Counted from the stretch's first letter, positions 53,437 through 62,692 are shown. The stretch: 64,000 nt of DNA from Verrucomicrobiota bacterium (GCA_035358715.1 DAOPPX010000001.1:18412-82411); one strand, 5' to 3'. Notes: a model not told the origin generated them from the sequence alone. Numbers and translations are program-made.

Positions 53437-54684
53437 TCACGCTGCGAGCGCGAGGGTCTTCAGGACGTCCGGCGTGAATTCGGCCACCGCGTTGATAGTG
53501 GCAGGGCTAACCAGAGAACGGGCAATCAGCTTGCGGACCACCTCCTCGCCCACATCCTTGAATTTCGGCCCGAGTTTCTGCACGAAGGCCACATAGACCT
53601 GGTCGCCCGCGCTAATCTCGGTTGGCTCTGCCGCCGGTACCGGCAGCCTGGTCACAGTGGCGGCGGTTGGAGTGCCGTTGTGTCCCGGAGTGGTGCTGCC
53701 GGCAGCGGCCGTAGCAGGTCCATTCGCCGCCCCATTGGCACCCTGGGCCGGTTGAGGGGCTGCGGTCGAGATGGGCCGCGTCCGGCGCCCATTGCCGTTG
53801 AGGGCGTTGGCGATGGCTTTTTCGGCGTGCGGCCAGAGTTCTGACGGCAGGAACGTTTTGATGAGATCGATCTGCTGGTCAATGGTGTGCCGAACCAGGC
53901 TTTCCCGGAGGTTGGGAGCGTTGCGAAGTTGCTCGGCGTACTCCGGCCGCGGGACGAACTTTTTGCCGCCGGACCGGTCCTCGAACCTGCCCAACGGCAT
54001 GGGCCGATCGACGGGAGTAAAGGTGGCGGTGACGCCAATGGTGCCGGCGTTGGAAAGACTGCACTTGATCAACCGCCCATCCACCGGATCGAAGATGGAG
54101 CCCCACCGCAGAGAGCCGTTCGCCTTGGGATTCATGGGATCGATGGTCTTCTCGCTGGGCAAGTTGATGAGCGCATCGCCCCAGGAAGGGCGGTAAGGTT
54201 TTCCCTTGCGCGGCGGACGGCCCAGAGTGACCTGAGCGATGCCGAATGGGCCCAGGTTATTTTCGAACTTGGCAGCCACCAGCAGCGCCCGGCGCTGCTC
54301 ATCGAACCGGAAGCCCTCGGGGTTGTCCATGGTCCACATGTAAGGTTTGGTTTCCGGGTTTTGGTACAGGTAAATCTGCACGATGCGGAACAGGTTGGGT
54401 TGCCCGAAGAGTTCCTGGTGAATGACGCGGGCCACTTTGTCCCCAAAGTGCATCTTGTAGAAGCCCACGGCGATGTACCAAGGGCTCTTGTAGGGATTGA
54501 TAAAACGCACCCAGTTGTCGCCCTCGGCCAAGGTGATGCGAGGGACGTTGCTCTTGATGAGGTCGCTGACCACTTTGGTGGTCTGGTTCGGATTGCTCTG
54601 GGTTGCCGCCTCTTCCGCGCTGGTCGCGCCGTACATGTCGGCCAAATCGCTAGGTTCGGGTGTCGGTGTGCCGTTGCTATTCAT
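53437..54684 (-). CDS. hypothetical protein with Ala/Pro/Gly/Thr-rich linker
   Basis: 415 aa from ATG 54684. Globular ~300-aa N-domain, low-complexity linker AAPQPAQGANGAANGPATAAAGSTTPGHNGTPTAA, ~70-aa C-domain. Confidence 0.65.
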   Translation of the reverse strand: MNSNGTPTPEPSDLADMYGATSAEEAATQSNPNQTTKVVSDLIKSNVPRITLAEGDNWVRFINPYKSPWYIAVGFYKMHFGDKVARVIHQELFGQPNLFRIVQIYLYQNPETKPYMWTMDNPEGFRFDEQRRALLVAAKFENNLGPFGIAQVTLGRPPRKGKPYRPSWGDALINLPSEKTIDPMNPKANGSLRWGSIFDPVDGRLIKCSLSNAGTIGVTATFTPVDRPMPLGRFEDRSGGKKFVPRPEYAEQLRNAPNLRESLVRHTIDQQIDLIKTFLPSELWPHAEKAIANALNGNGRRTRPISTAAPQPAQGANGAANGPATAAAGSTTPGHNGTPTAATVTRLPVPAAEPTEISAGDQVYVAFVQKLGPKFKDVGEEVVRKLIARSLVSPATINAVAEFTPDVLKTLALAA

Positions 54685-54782
54685 AAACAGATGCGCTTTT
54701 GATCTCTGTTTGGCGGCATTTTCGTCAGCATGCACTTCCTTCCATTCTAGGCCACTTCAGCGCGGTCAAATGCTTCCGGGCC

Positions 54783-56261
54783 TCATTGTTCCGGGAAAGT
54801 GCCCAGTTCCGGCAGAAGCGGCGCCTGTTCGAAGGGCAGATGCTCAACGATTTCCCGCGAGAACATGTAGCTGACCGGCCACCCCAGCTTGTTCGCGTTC
54901 TGCAGCTTGGCGACGCCCAGGTTGAACAGGCGCTCGGACGCCATGCAGAGCAGCATCACGTAGATCCCCCGGCCCCGGTTTTCGGCGCTGGGAATCCCGT
55001 GTCGCCCGGTTTGAAACATGAAGGCGGACAGCGTCTTGCTGGAGCAATCGATGATGTAATCCACATCCCGGACATCAATGGCCTCTCCATTGAGAGCAGC
55101 GCACAGCACGCGGCGTATTTCTCCTGCACCCAGGCGCTGGAGAATGTCCTGGAGGCATTCAGGGTTTTGACGGCCGTGGACAAAGGTGTATTGGGGCAAT
55201 TGCCGGTGGAGGATTATTCCAAGCCGCAGGGTGTCTGTCAGAATCAGCGCCGTCGCGGCTTCCGGGAGTTTATCGTTGATTCCCATCAGGGTTGCGCCTA
55301 ATGCGGGGTTTTTCAGATAGGCCGCGCGCACCATCTGGCCCACGGACAACCCTTCAGTGAGCGGCCGCGGTGTCAGGAGCGGAAACACGCAAACCCGCAG
55401 AGGGCCGACATTGTTATCCCCCTGCGCCGCCCCAGCCTCTAGCGGGTCTCGGCATTTATTGGTGAACAAGGTCGGGCCGAAGATTACGGAATTGAGCTGG
55501 TGCGAGTTGTCTGCCCGGACCGGTGTGGCGGTCAATCCCCAACAATAGGTGGTCCGGAACTGGCTCAGGAAGGGAATGTGCCCAGGCTCAGGAAGCCGGT
55601 GGACTTGGTCGCAGATCCAGGCGTCGAACTTGCGCAGGGCGTGGCCGCAATAAGCCATTTCCCCTTGGACGAAATCCTTCAATGCATCTAAGTGGGTGAC
55701 GATGATCCGGCCCGCCTCAGAGCGCGGAGTTGCGTGGATGCCTATCGTCTCTCCGGACAGAGCGTTGGCCAGGGCGGCATGAATCTTCTCGACCGCCGGT
55801 TTCTCATCGGTGGTGACCAGGACCTTGAAGTGCCCGGGCAGCAGGCGCGCCAGCCCACAGAGAATCTGAACAGTGCCAATCTCGGCAGGCACTACCAGCA
55901 ACCCGGAGGAGCGGGCTTGCGCCACAGCCTGCACCGCCTGGCAGCAGACCGCCGGATAATCGGTCAGGTTGAGCCGGGTGAGATCCAGCGGCGGAAAGAG
56001 CCGCTCATCCCTGATTTCAAGTGCCAGGTGAAGTTTCTCGGCCGCCGCTTGCACCAGGTGCAGCGCATTGGGATAAGTGCGGCAGGTCTTTGTCTGGGCG
56101 TCATAGTCAGCATAGGAAACCTGCTCGGGTGTCGTTTTGAGGTTTCCGTGGTCAAAAAAGAGGTTCTGCCGCGCATAGACCAGGGCGTCCGCCAACGCCG
56201 GCGGACAGTCCCGCAGGGTCAGCGAACTCCGCGTCACTGTGACTGGAATGCTGCCGCTCAT
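54783..56261 (-). CDS. SF2 helicase-fold protein with ablated ATPase motifs (pseudo-helicase)
   Basis: 492 aa from ATG 56261, with ATGA overlap to the UvrD stop. PAEIGTVQ replaces P-loop PTGSGKT, DQVH replaces DExH. GLTATPVR and FQTGRHG are retained. Confidence 0.7.
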   Translation of the reverse strand: MSGSIPVTVTRSSLTLRDCPPALADALVYARQNLFFDHGNLKTTPEQVSYADYDAQTKTCRTYPNALHLVQAAAEKLHLALEIRDERLFPPLDLTRLNLTDYPAVCCQAVQAVAQARSSGLLVVPAEIGTVQILCGLARLLPGHFKVLVTTDEKPAVEKIHAALANALSGETIGIHATPRSEAGRIIVTHLDALKDFVQGEMAYCGHALRKFDAWICDQVHRLPEPGHIPFLSQFRTTYCWGLTATPVRADNSHQLNSVIFGPTLFTNKCRDPLEAGAAQGDNNVGPLRVCVFPLLTPRPLTEGLSVGQMVRAAYLKNPALGATLMGINDKLPEAATALILTDTLRLGIILHRQLPQYTFVHGRQNPECLQDILQRLGAGEIRRVLCAALNGEAIDVRDVDYIIDCSSKTLSAFMFQTGRHGIPSAENRGRGIYVMLLCMASERLFNLGVAKLQNANKLGWPVSYMFSREIVEHLPFEQAPLLPELGTFPEQ

Positions 56262-58378
56262 GCAGGCAGCGGTTCTGCCTCCGGTTTGACGCCGAGTGCT
56301 GGCGGGACCGTCGCCGGGACTGCCGGGAAGGTGATCGAGTAGTTTTTCACCCGGTGCGGATTGACCGAGTAGAAGGGATCGTGTCCCGGATCCCTGATCT
56401 TCTGAAGAAAACCGGCCGTCTTTGGGTCGTCGGCGAACCTGCTGATATTGCCCCGGACATGGAATTCGCCGGACTGGTAGTTGTGCGCACTGGTCAGGTA
56501 GAGGTATTTCCGGGCGCGCGAACAGGCGACATAGAATAGCCGGCGTTCTTCTTCGATCTGGTTGCGCTCCAGGCCAAATCCGGGCGAGGGAAAGACCTGC
56601 TCGGTGTTGCCAATGACGAACACGGAAGTCCACTCCAACCCCTTGGCCGAATGAATGGTGGAAATGGTCAACCCTCGAGAAATCTCCTTTTGATCGCGGC
56701 TGGTCACCAACTCGCTGATAAAGTCCTTCACCAGGCCGATGTAACTGGTCGAGAGCTCGATGATGTAGCTTTGGATGTCGCCAAGGTGGTCCTCCATGCG
56801 GTCGGGCAGTTGCGAGGCGCTCTTGACCTTGATCATGCGCGGGGAGACGTGGAAATACCGGGCGTATATGTTGCGAAAGCTGGGCAGCACCGCGTTGAGG
56901 TAATCCTTGACCGGCCCCTTTGGAACCTGCGCGGCGGCAAGCATATCACGCCAGAAATTCATCAGGCTCTCGAATCGTTTTCCGCGCCCCAGAGAGAACA
57001 CCGGCGGCCGCTCCCAACTCCAGCCGTTCTGGCCGGCCTGGAGGTCGCGGATGATGACCTGAGTGAGATGCTGGCCAATGTTGGGGATGGCCGGGAGCAA
57101 CACCTCCCACGCCAGCCAGTCGTTGGCGTTCTCCAGCAGTTCAAGAAACGAGACGAAGAACTGGATGTGCTGTAAATCGACGAATTTGATGCCGCCCTCC
57201 CGGGTGTAAAGCACGCCCTGGCGCTGTAAGTGGCGCTCCAGATCGCCGGCGATGTGTCCGACCCGGGTCAGCACCGCGATTTCCTCCGGCGGCACCTGCT
57301 GGTTTCTGACCAACTCTTCGATTTCGTTCGCGACCCAGTCGGCCTCCTGCGTCCCTTTCATGAACACGGCGCGTTTGGGTTTGACCTCGCATTGCGGCCC
57401 GCGGCTCACGAGGGTTTTGGCCAGGGCGCCTTCGCAGGTGGCGTTGATCGCATTGAGGTAGTCCACCAATGGCTGGCTGCTGCGGTAGTTTTCATTGAGC
57501 ACCACCGACTCCGCGCCGGGAAAATCCCGGGCAAAGTTGCGGATATTCTCCACCTGCGAACCCTGGAAGGAGTAGATGGACTGGGTGTCATCGCCCACCA
57601 CAGTCAGGAAAGAGTCCGGGGTAATCAACTGCTGCAAGATGGCGACCTGAACGCGATTGGTGTCCTGATATTCGTCAACATAGATATGCGGAAACTGAAA
57701 TTGGATAATTTGGCGGACCTCCTCGTATTCCTGGAGCGCACGCATGAAATTGTAAAGGAGGTCGTTGAAGTCGAAGACCCGGTATTGCTCCTTTAGCGCT
57801 CCGTACGCTCTGGAGGCGGCCTGGGCGATTTCCGTGAGTTCCCCTTCCAGTTTCCGGACGTCCTCCGACGCGCCCGCGAGAAACCTGATCTGCAGATTCA
57901 GCTTGTTCCTGCGCTCATATAGCTCCAGCAGATCCGGCCCTTGCAGCCGATGGGCTCGCAGCAATGCGGCCACTTCCGGATGGGCGGCGGTGTACTGGCC
58001 GAATGCCTCCTTGCGCAAACGATTGGCGTGATGCTCCGGCAGCACCTTGTAAGGCGGCAGAATCCCCTTGGGGCAGAGTTCCTGTTGGGTCAACCGGTAG
58101 CAGAGACTGTGGAAGGTGCCACTGCGGATATCGGCCTGGAGGGAAAGCTTGCCCCGGATGCGCCGGCTCATGTTGCTGGCCGCCCTGTTGGTGTAGGTGA
58201 ACATGAGAACCTGGGAAGCTGGCAACTCTTTCTCCTCGATAAAGTGCGCAATCCGCTCCGTCAGGGCCTCGGTCTTGCCGGTCCCGGGTCCCGCCAGGAT
58301 GAGCAGGCGCAGGCTCGGGCTGGTGACAGCCGCCATCTGGGCAGCGTTGAGTTCCATATTTGCGATGTTGTTCGGCAA
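56258..58378 (-). CDS. UvrD/PcrA/Rep-type SF1 helicase
   Basis: 706 aa (TTG 58378; ATG 58357 is an alternative). AGPGTGKT, YVDEYQDTN, TIHSAKGLEW, FYVACSRARKYLYL. Confidence 0.9.
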   Translation of the reverse strand: MPNNIANMELNAAQMAAVTSPSLRLLILAGPGTGKTEALTERIAHFIEEKELPASQVLMFTYTNRAASNMSRRIRGKLSLQADIRSGTFHSLCYRLTQQELCPKGILPPYKVLPEHHANRLRKEAFGQYTAAHPEVAALLRAHRLQGPDLLELYERRNKLNLQIRFLAGASEDVRKLEGELTEIAQAASRAYGALKEQYRVFDFNDLLYNFMRALQEYEEVRQIIQFQFPHIYVDEYQDTNRVQVAILQQLITPDSFLTVVGDDTQSIYSFQGSQVENIRNFARDFPGAESVVLNENYRSSQPLVDYLNAINATCEGALAKTLVSRGPQCEVKPKRAVFMKGTQEADWVANEIEELVRNQQVPPEEIAVLTRVGHIAGDLERHLQRQGVLYTREGGIKFVDLQHIQFFVSFLELLENANDWLAWEVLLPAIPNIGQHLTQVIIRDLQAGQNGWSWERPPVFSLGRGKRFESLMNFWRDMLAAAQVPKGPVKDYLNAVLPSFRNIYARYFHVSPRMIKVKSASQLPDRMEDHLGDIQSYIIELSTSYIGLVKDFISELVTSRDQKEISRGLTISTIHSAKGLEWTSVFVIGNTEQVFPSPGFGLERNQIEEERRLFYVACSRARKYLYLTSAHNYQSGEFHVRGNISRFADDPKTAGFLQKIRDPGHDPFYSVNPHRVKNYSITFPAVPATVPPALGVKPEAEPLPA

Positions 58379-58382
58379 GAAT

Positions 58383-59378
58383 TCAGCCGGCGGATGGCGT
58401 TTGGGCTTGGGCGTAGAATTCGATCCATTCGGTCCACCACGGATTGGTGTTCTTCCGGCGGATGCGCTCCACCAGTTGCCCCGCGTCTGGCGGTTTCAAA
58501 TCCGCCAGGTACTGCACGGTCCAGGGGGCACTTTCCAAGAGCTTCTCCACCAGCACATCCCGTGGGCCGCGCCGTACCCACTTGAGCCAGTTGTAGCACC
58601 AGACCGGGCTCTCCAGGATGCTCTTGAGCAGAGGCTCGCAGTCGGCCCCCGGATACTCCAGCGCGGTCAGGAAGGCGTACCAGGCGTTGGTGCCAAGGGT
58701 CTCCAGGTGGCCAACGATTTTGGCCGCGCGCTCCTCTTGGGAAAGGTGTTGGGTTTTGAGCCAGTGATGGCAGTGAGCGCAGCCGGCGTCGTGGTTCTTC
58801 AGACTGACGATAACGGCAAGAATTCGGCGAAAGAACCCGTCGGTGAACTTGCGCTTGAGCCAGCGGATGGACCAGTGCGGGCTGTGGAGCAGGAGCATCT
58901 GCTCCATTTGCTGGGTCGTGATGATGTCTCCGCTGGAGGACTGAAAGGATGCGGGCGAGCCTCCGCGCGCCCGAGCCTCCTGGTCCTTTACCAGCAGGTG
59001 ATAGATGTATTCCGGGTTCGATTGCAAGATGTCCAGGAGCGATTTCTCCTCCTGCGGGTTCTGCTGGTAGGCATGAAAAGCCAGGTAGGCGTGTTCGAAG
59101 AGAATCGCAGCGCAGTCAACCGGCAGTTCAAACTCGTCGCCCACGCGGAACAGCACGATAGGCATCGCGCTCAAGGCCTGCTTGAAGTCCTCCGGCATGA
59201 AATAGTCGGGCGCTTCTTTCGCTTTGATGGCGTGCCGGCGTAATTCGTTCTTGAGCCTGGCGATGTAATCCTCCAGGCGCCGCGCCGCCTGCGCATCAGG
59301 CGTCCCGCCCTGGATGCCGAAAAATGCCAAGGGAATTTTCAGGATGTGCGGAGCGCCATCCAGGGCATCAGCGGGCAT
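58383..59378 (-). CDS. hypothetical helical protein
   Basis: 331-aa ATG ORF. Overlaps the upstream stop by 11 nt and ends 4 nt before the UvrD gene. Confidence 0.6.
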   Translation of the reverse strand: MPADALDGAPHILKIPLAFFGIQGGTPDAQAARRLEDYIARLKNELRRHAIKAKEAPDYFMPEDFKQALSAMPIVLFRVGDEFELPVDCAAILFEHAYLAFHAYQQNPQEEKSLLDILQSNPEYIYHLLVKDQEARARGGSPASFQSSSGDIITTQQMEQMLLLHSPHWSIRWLKRKFTDGFFRRILAVIVSLKNHDAGCAHCHHWLKTQHLSQEERAAKIVGHLETLGTNAWYAFLTALEYPGADCEPLLKSILESPVWCYNWLKWVRRGPRDVLVEKLLESAPWTVQYLADLKPPDAGQLVERIRRKNTNPWWTEWIEFYAQAQTPSAG

Positions 59379-60231
59379 AACTCTTGCGCGTTGAGTTCTT
59401 CAACAGCGGCTCATAAGCGCTGTAGAGCTGGCTGCACTGATCGAACCCGTGAATGACGATCAGCGTGTGTTCACCCCGGCTGGAATCCTGCTGGTCGCAC
59501 GGATAAGTGCCGACGAAAGCCACTGCCTGGCCGGTGCGGTTGTTAAAAGCCATAAGCACCTGGGAGCGGATGGGCATGGGGGCTTCCCACAGTTCGGTGA
59601 ATCGGTACTGGCGTAGCGGCGACTGGGGATCCGCCAGTTGGGATTTGCCGTCCTCGCCGAACCCGAGCACCACACTGACCTTGGCAATCTGGGAGAGCGC
59701 ACTCAGATACTCGACGATTTCTTTCTTGGCGAGTTGGTGGCCGAGGAAGAGGCAATGGTCGGGCTTGAGATCGTCCACCTCCTTCAACATGTGCGCAGTG
59801 ATCTCTGCGCTCTTCCAACCGCCCAAGGCCTCGCCCGCGATGATCTCAATCGGGCCGGGCGAGTTGCGGGCGATGATTTCCTCAAGGTTGGCAGCGATGT
59901 ACTGCTGCGATAGAGAGAACAGCACGCTCGCCAGGAGGATTCCCCAAAGCAATATCCATAACCAATAAAGGGGTGCCCTGGCCTTGGCGGCGACACCTGG
60001 TGAATTCTCGTTGCCGTGCTTGATCGCTTCCAGCTCAGCTACGGCCTCTTCCAAGGCGGCACTTTGGCTGTGGACCAACGCCTCCTTGAGTTTTCGGTAG
60101 GAAGGATGGTCCTCTCCCACCCATTTGAATCTCGCGAGCAGGTCGTCGCCACTGCGGGTGCCGGCGGGGGATTGTGAAGGAGGCCGGGCGGCTTCCGCCG
60201 GGGCGACGGTTTCTCGTGTGTCCTCTGGCAT
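59368..60231 (-). CDS. membrane-anchored hypothetical protein
   Basis: 287-aa ATG ORF. Disordered N-terminus, one TM (LYWLWILLWGILLASVLFSL), ~170-aa C-terminal domain unassigned. First gene after the divergent gap. Confidence 0.6.
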   Translation of the reverse strand: MPEDTRETVAPAEAARPPSQSPAGTRSGDDLLARFKWVGEDHPSYRKLKEALVHSQSAALEEAVAELEAIKHGNENSPGVAAKARAPLYWLWILLWGILLASVLFSLSQQYIAANLEEIIARNSPGPIEIIAGEALGGWKSAEITAHMLKEVDDLKPDHCLFLGHQLAKKEIVEYLSALSQIAKVSVVLGFGEDGKSQLADPQSPLRQYRFTELWEAPMPIRSQVLMAFNNRTGQAVAFVGTYPCDQQDSSRGEHTLIVIHGFDQCSQLYSAYEPLLKNSTRKSYAR

Positions 60232-60358
60232 GGTTGCTCATTGCCCATCAAAGGGTCCATGCCATTATAGGGCAGTGAAGGCCGGCAACGGTCTGAACTA
60301 CAGGCGCCAAGAGCCTGAGCACATCCATGCGGCCCTAAAATGGAATGTGAAAGTGAAT

Positions 60359-62692
60359 ATGGAACTGCGGCCGGAGGAGTTGGCCCAGTTGAATCTGGCT
60401 TACAGCAAGGATGCGCCGGGGGTGGCCTATCTTTCCGCGGCTGCGTTGCGCACCGGCCGCCTGGCCCTTCAAACCGCGTCGCGCCGCCCTGCGCTGGCGA
60501 GCCTGCGACCGTTGGCGGGCGATCCCGTCTTGCCGCGGGATGAACTCTACGCCAAGACGGATTTGGCCGTTGCGCTCATGGATTCCAACGTGGGTGTTCT
60601 GGGCTTTGTGGAGCAACTCATCCAGAAGCTGCCGGAGCCGGGCCGAAAACAAGAGGCATTCTCCCGAACTCCCTTGGATGACAATTACTGCCGTTTGAAA
60701 GCGCTGATGGCCGATCTGCAGCGCCCAGCGATTGCTGTGCAGGGCCATGGGTATGACGAGTTCAAGCGGACGGCGGCCAGGACGATCGATCTTCTGGCGG
60801 AGGATTGCCGGAGGTATGTAGCCGACGCTGTCGGCGAGGCGACCACGATGCAGAACGGACTTTCTCCGGCAGAACTCGAAACAGTCCAGGCATTCAACCA
60901 TCTTCGCCGCGCGGTGCAGAGCGTGTTCGATTTGCCGGTGGAAGGCGATGAAATCTACCTAGAGGCCAAGGTCAAAACCGACAACTCCTTGGACGATACG
61001 GACCGTGGCGGCATGAACCGGATTTTCTCCACCATTAGTTACTCAGGAACCAATCGTCCGTTTTACCTGCGTTACATGCCCTATTACGTCATGAGCATGC
61101 GGGCGCCTCTATTCCTGCATGCCTTGAGTCGCCCGCGGCAGCTTTCGGCCGCCACTACACGGGCCGGGCCTCTGAACGTGCCGGAGCGGTTGGCGGCGCG
61201 CTACGGCGTGCCCCCAGGCGTTCAGGTGACACATCACCAGGTGTCGCGTTACGGCCTCTCCAACCAGACCAGCCAGGATTCGTACGGCCTTCCGATGAAG
61301 CTGTATTACAGCTATCAGCACGGCGGCGTGACCAAGGTGCTTGCCCTGGATCGCAAGGAACACTTTTACCTGCAGTTGGTGAACCGCCCCTCGCTGGCCA
61401 TCCCGGCGGGGGTTGTCGAAGGGCTGCCTTCGACCGAGGCCACCTACGTCATGTACGACCGGCGGCAACAGGCCTACATGTATCAGACAGCCCGGGACCG
61501 TCTGGCCCTGAACCAGCAACAGCACCAAAGAATCTTGCGGCATAACGCAGACCTGGGCCGTGTGGGAAGCCCAAACAGTCCCGTGAATTTTTCGTTCGCT
61601 TCCGATGGTTCGCTGACCTCGGTGATGAACCGCATTTTCAACGACAACGCCGTGCGAAAGGTCTCCAACCAGACTGCACTGGTGAAGCTGGTGCCGCCTG
61701 GCTATCGAGACAAGATACAGTTGATGAAGGAGCTCACCGCGGCAATTCAACCTGCCTTCCAACGGGAACAGGACCGGATTGAGGCTTTGCGCTCAGAACT
61801 CTTTGGACGGTTTGCCGCCGGCGCCATCCGCAAGGACGTGATCGAAGACACTTGCCGGAAGGAGGCGCTCACCTCTTTTCGCAAGCTGATTGCCGAGCGC
61901 CGGTTGCAGGTGCCGCCGGAGGCCGGCCGCCGGCTGATTGCCGAGGCGGTGGCAACCATCAACGATTTGTTCGAGGAAATGTACTCAAACAAAGCGGCCG
62001 ATTTCGCTCGTTGGGCGGCGGCCCGCCAGCTTTTTGCGGCCGGGACGGAGCCTTTCCACACGGCGTTCAAACAGAACATGGCGCGGAACAACGGCTGCTT
62101 AAGTTTGAACCGGGCGATGGAAGAGTTGAGCGCGGAAAACCGCAAGGCATTCGACGGCGTCGTCCTGGGTGTTACTGAGAAAATGGAAGAGCCGGGCGGA
62201 TTCAAGAGTCAGCTCAAAGCTGTCTATTGGGGCGGGATCAGCCAGTACCTGGCGGACCTCCACTACGGCCCGGAGGGGCTGGTGCGCGGGGGCGGTTACA
62301 TCGGCCGCGAAGGCTTGCCCGCGAGCGGCCAGGAGTTCAAGCGGTATCTGGACGAGAAAGCGCCGGAGCTTTTGTCCGACCCCGCGCAGGTGGCTAACCG
62401 TCTTCGCGCCACGTTCGCTTATTTCGAATACAATGTATCGCCTCACTACAGCCTGCCCTGGCCGAATCTGTATCGGAACAACGACCTACTGCGCAGCTCG
62501 GGCAGACCTAATGAAGCGCGTGATCCGAGAACGCTCAAGCCGCGCGAGCCGGCCGTGAATCTCACAATGAACCTGGGCGGGCAGCGCATTCGCATGACGG
62601 GAGCGCGCTCGCGCGAGCCTTCGCGGCCTCGGCCACCGGCGCACGAGCATCGTCCAGTATCAACCAAAGCGCTCGTACCGACTCTTTGCTGA
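60359..62692 (+). CDS. large hypothetical protein
   Basis: 777 aa from ATG 60359; the track ORF from 60125 overlaps the divergent gene. No motif recognised. Confidence 0.6.
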   Translation: MELRPEELAQLNLAYSKDAPGVAYLSAAALRTGRLALQTASRRPALASLRPLAGDPVLPRDELYAKTDLAVALMDSNVGVLGFVEQLIQKLPEPGRKQEAFSRTPLDDNYCRLKALMADLQRPAIAVQGHGYDEFKRTAARTIDLLAEDCRRYVADAVGEATTMQNGLSPAELETVQAFNHLRRAVQSVFDLPVEGDEIYLEAKVKTDNSLDDTDRGGMNRIFSTISYSGTNRPFYLRYMPYYVMSMRAPLFLHALSRPRQLSAATTRAGPLNVPERLAARYGVPPGVQVTHHQVSRYGLSNQTSQDSYGLPMKLYYSYQHGGVTKVLALDRKEHFYLQLVNRPSLAIPAGVVEGLPSTEATYVMYDRRQQAYMYQTARDRLALNQQQHQRILRHNADLGRVGSPNSPVNFSFASDGSLTSVMNRIFNDNAVRKVSNQTALVKLVPPGYRDKIQLMKELTAAIQPAFQREQDRIEALRSELFGRFAAGAIRKDVIEDTCRKEALTSFRKLIAERRLQVPPEAGRRLIAEAVATINDLFEEMYSNKAADFARWAAARQLFAAGTEPFHTAFKQNMARNNGCLSLNRAMEELSAENRKAFDGVVLGVTEKMEEPGGFKSQLKAVYWGGISQYLADLHYGPEGLVRGGGYIGREGLPASGQEFKRYLDEKAPELLSDPAQVANRLRATFAYFEYNVSPHYSLPWPNLYRNNDLLRSSGRPNEARDPRTLKPREPAVNLTMNLGGQRIRMTGARSREPSRPRPPAHEHRPVSTKALVPTLC

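Larger units (their letters stand above)
12466..60231 (-). mobile_element. possible integrated mobile element / prophage-like block (boundaries unknown)
   Basis: About 48 kb, almost entirely minus-strand, with short coupled ORFs that are mostly orphans. Content is phage/ICE-typical: ParB-like nuclease, N6-MTase, PAPS-reductase-like, ligase, helicases, J-domain, many zinc-ribbon miniproteins. No integrase, att repeat, tRNA, capsid or terminase seen in the window. Confidence 0.3.

Noticed and set aside
41677-58378. BREX, DISARM or Dnd/Ssp system, suggested by the MTase, PP-loop protein and helicases
   Set aside because: No PglZ, BrxC-like, DUF1998, PLD with HKD, DndA/D/E or SspB/C-like motifs were recognised. 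The genes are separated by unrelated orphans.
56258-59378. Gabija-like pair (GajA ATPase/Toprim plus GajB UvrD helicase)
   Set aside because: The 331-aa gene upstream of the UvrD helicase shows no P-loop or Toprim motif, and the downstream partner is an SF2-fold protein. The gene content does not fit.
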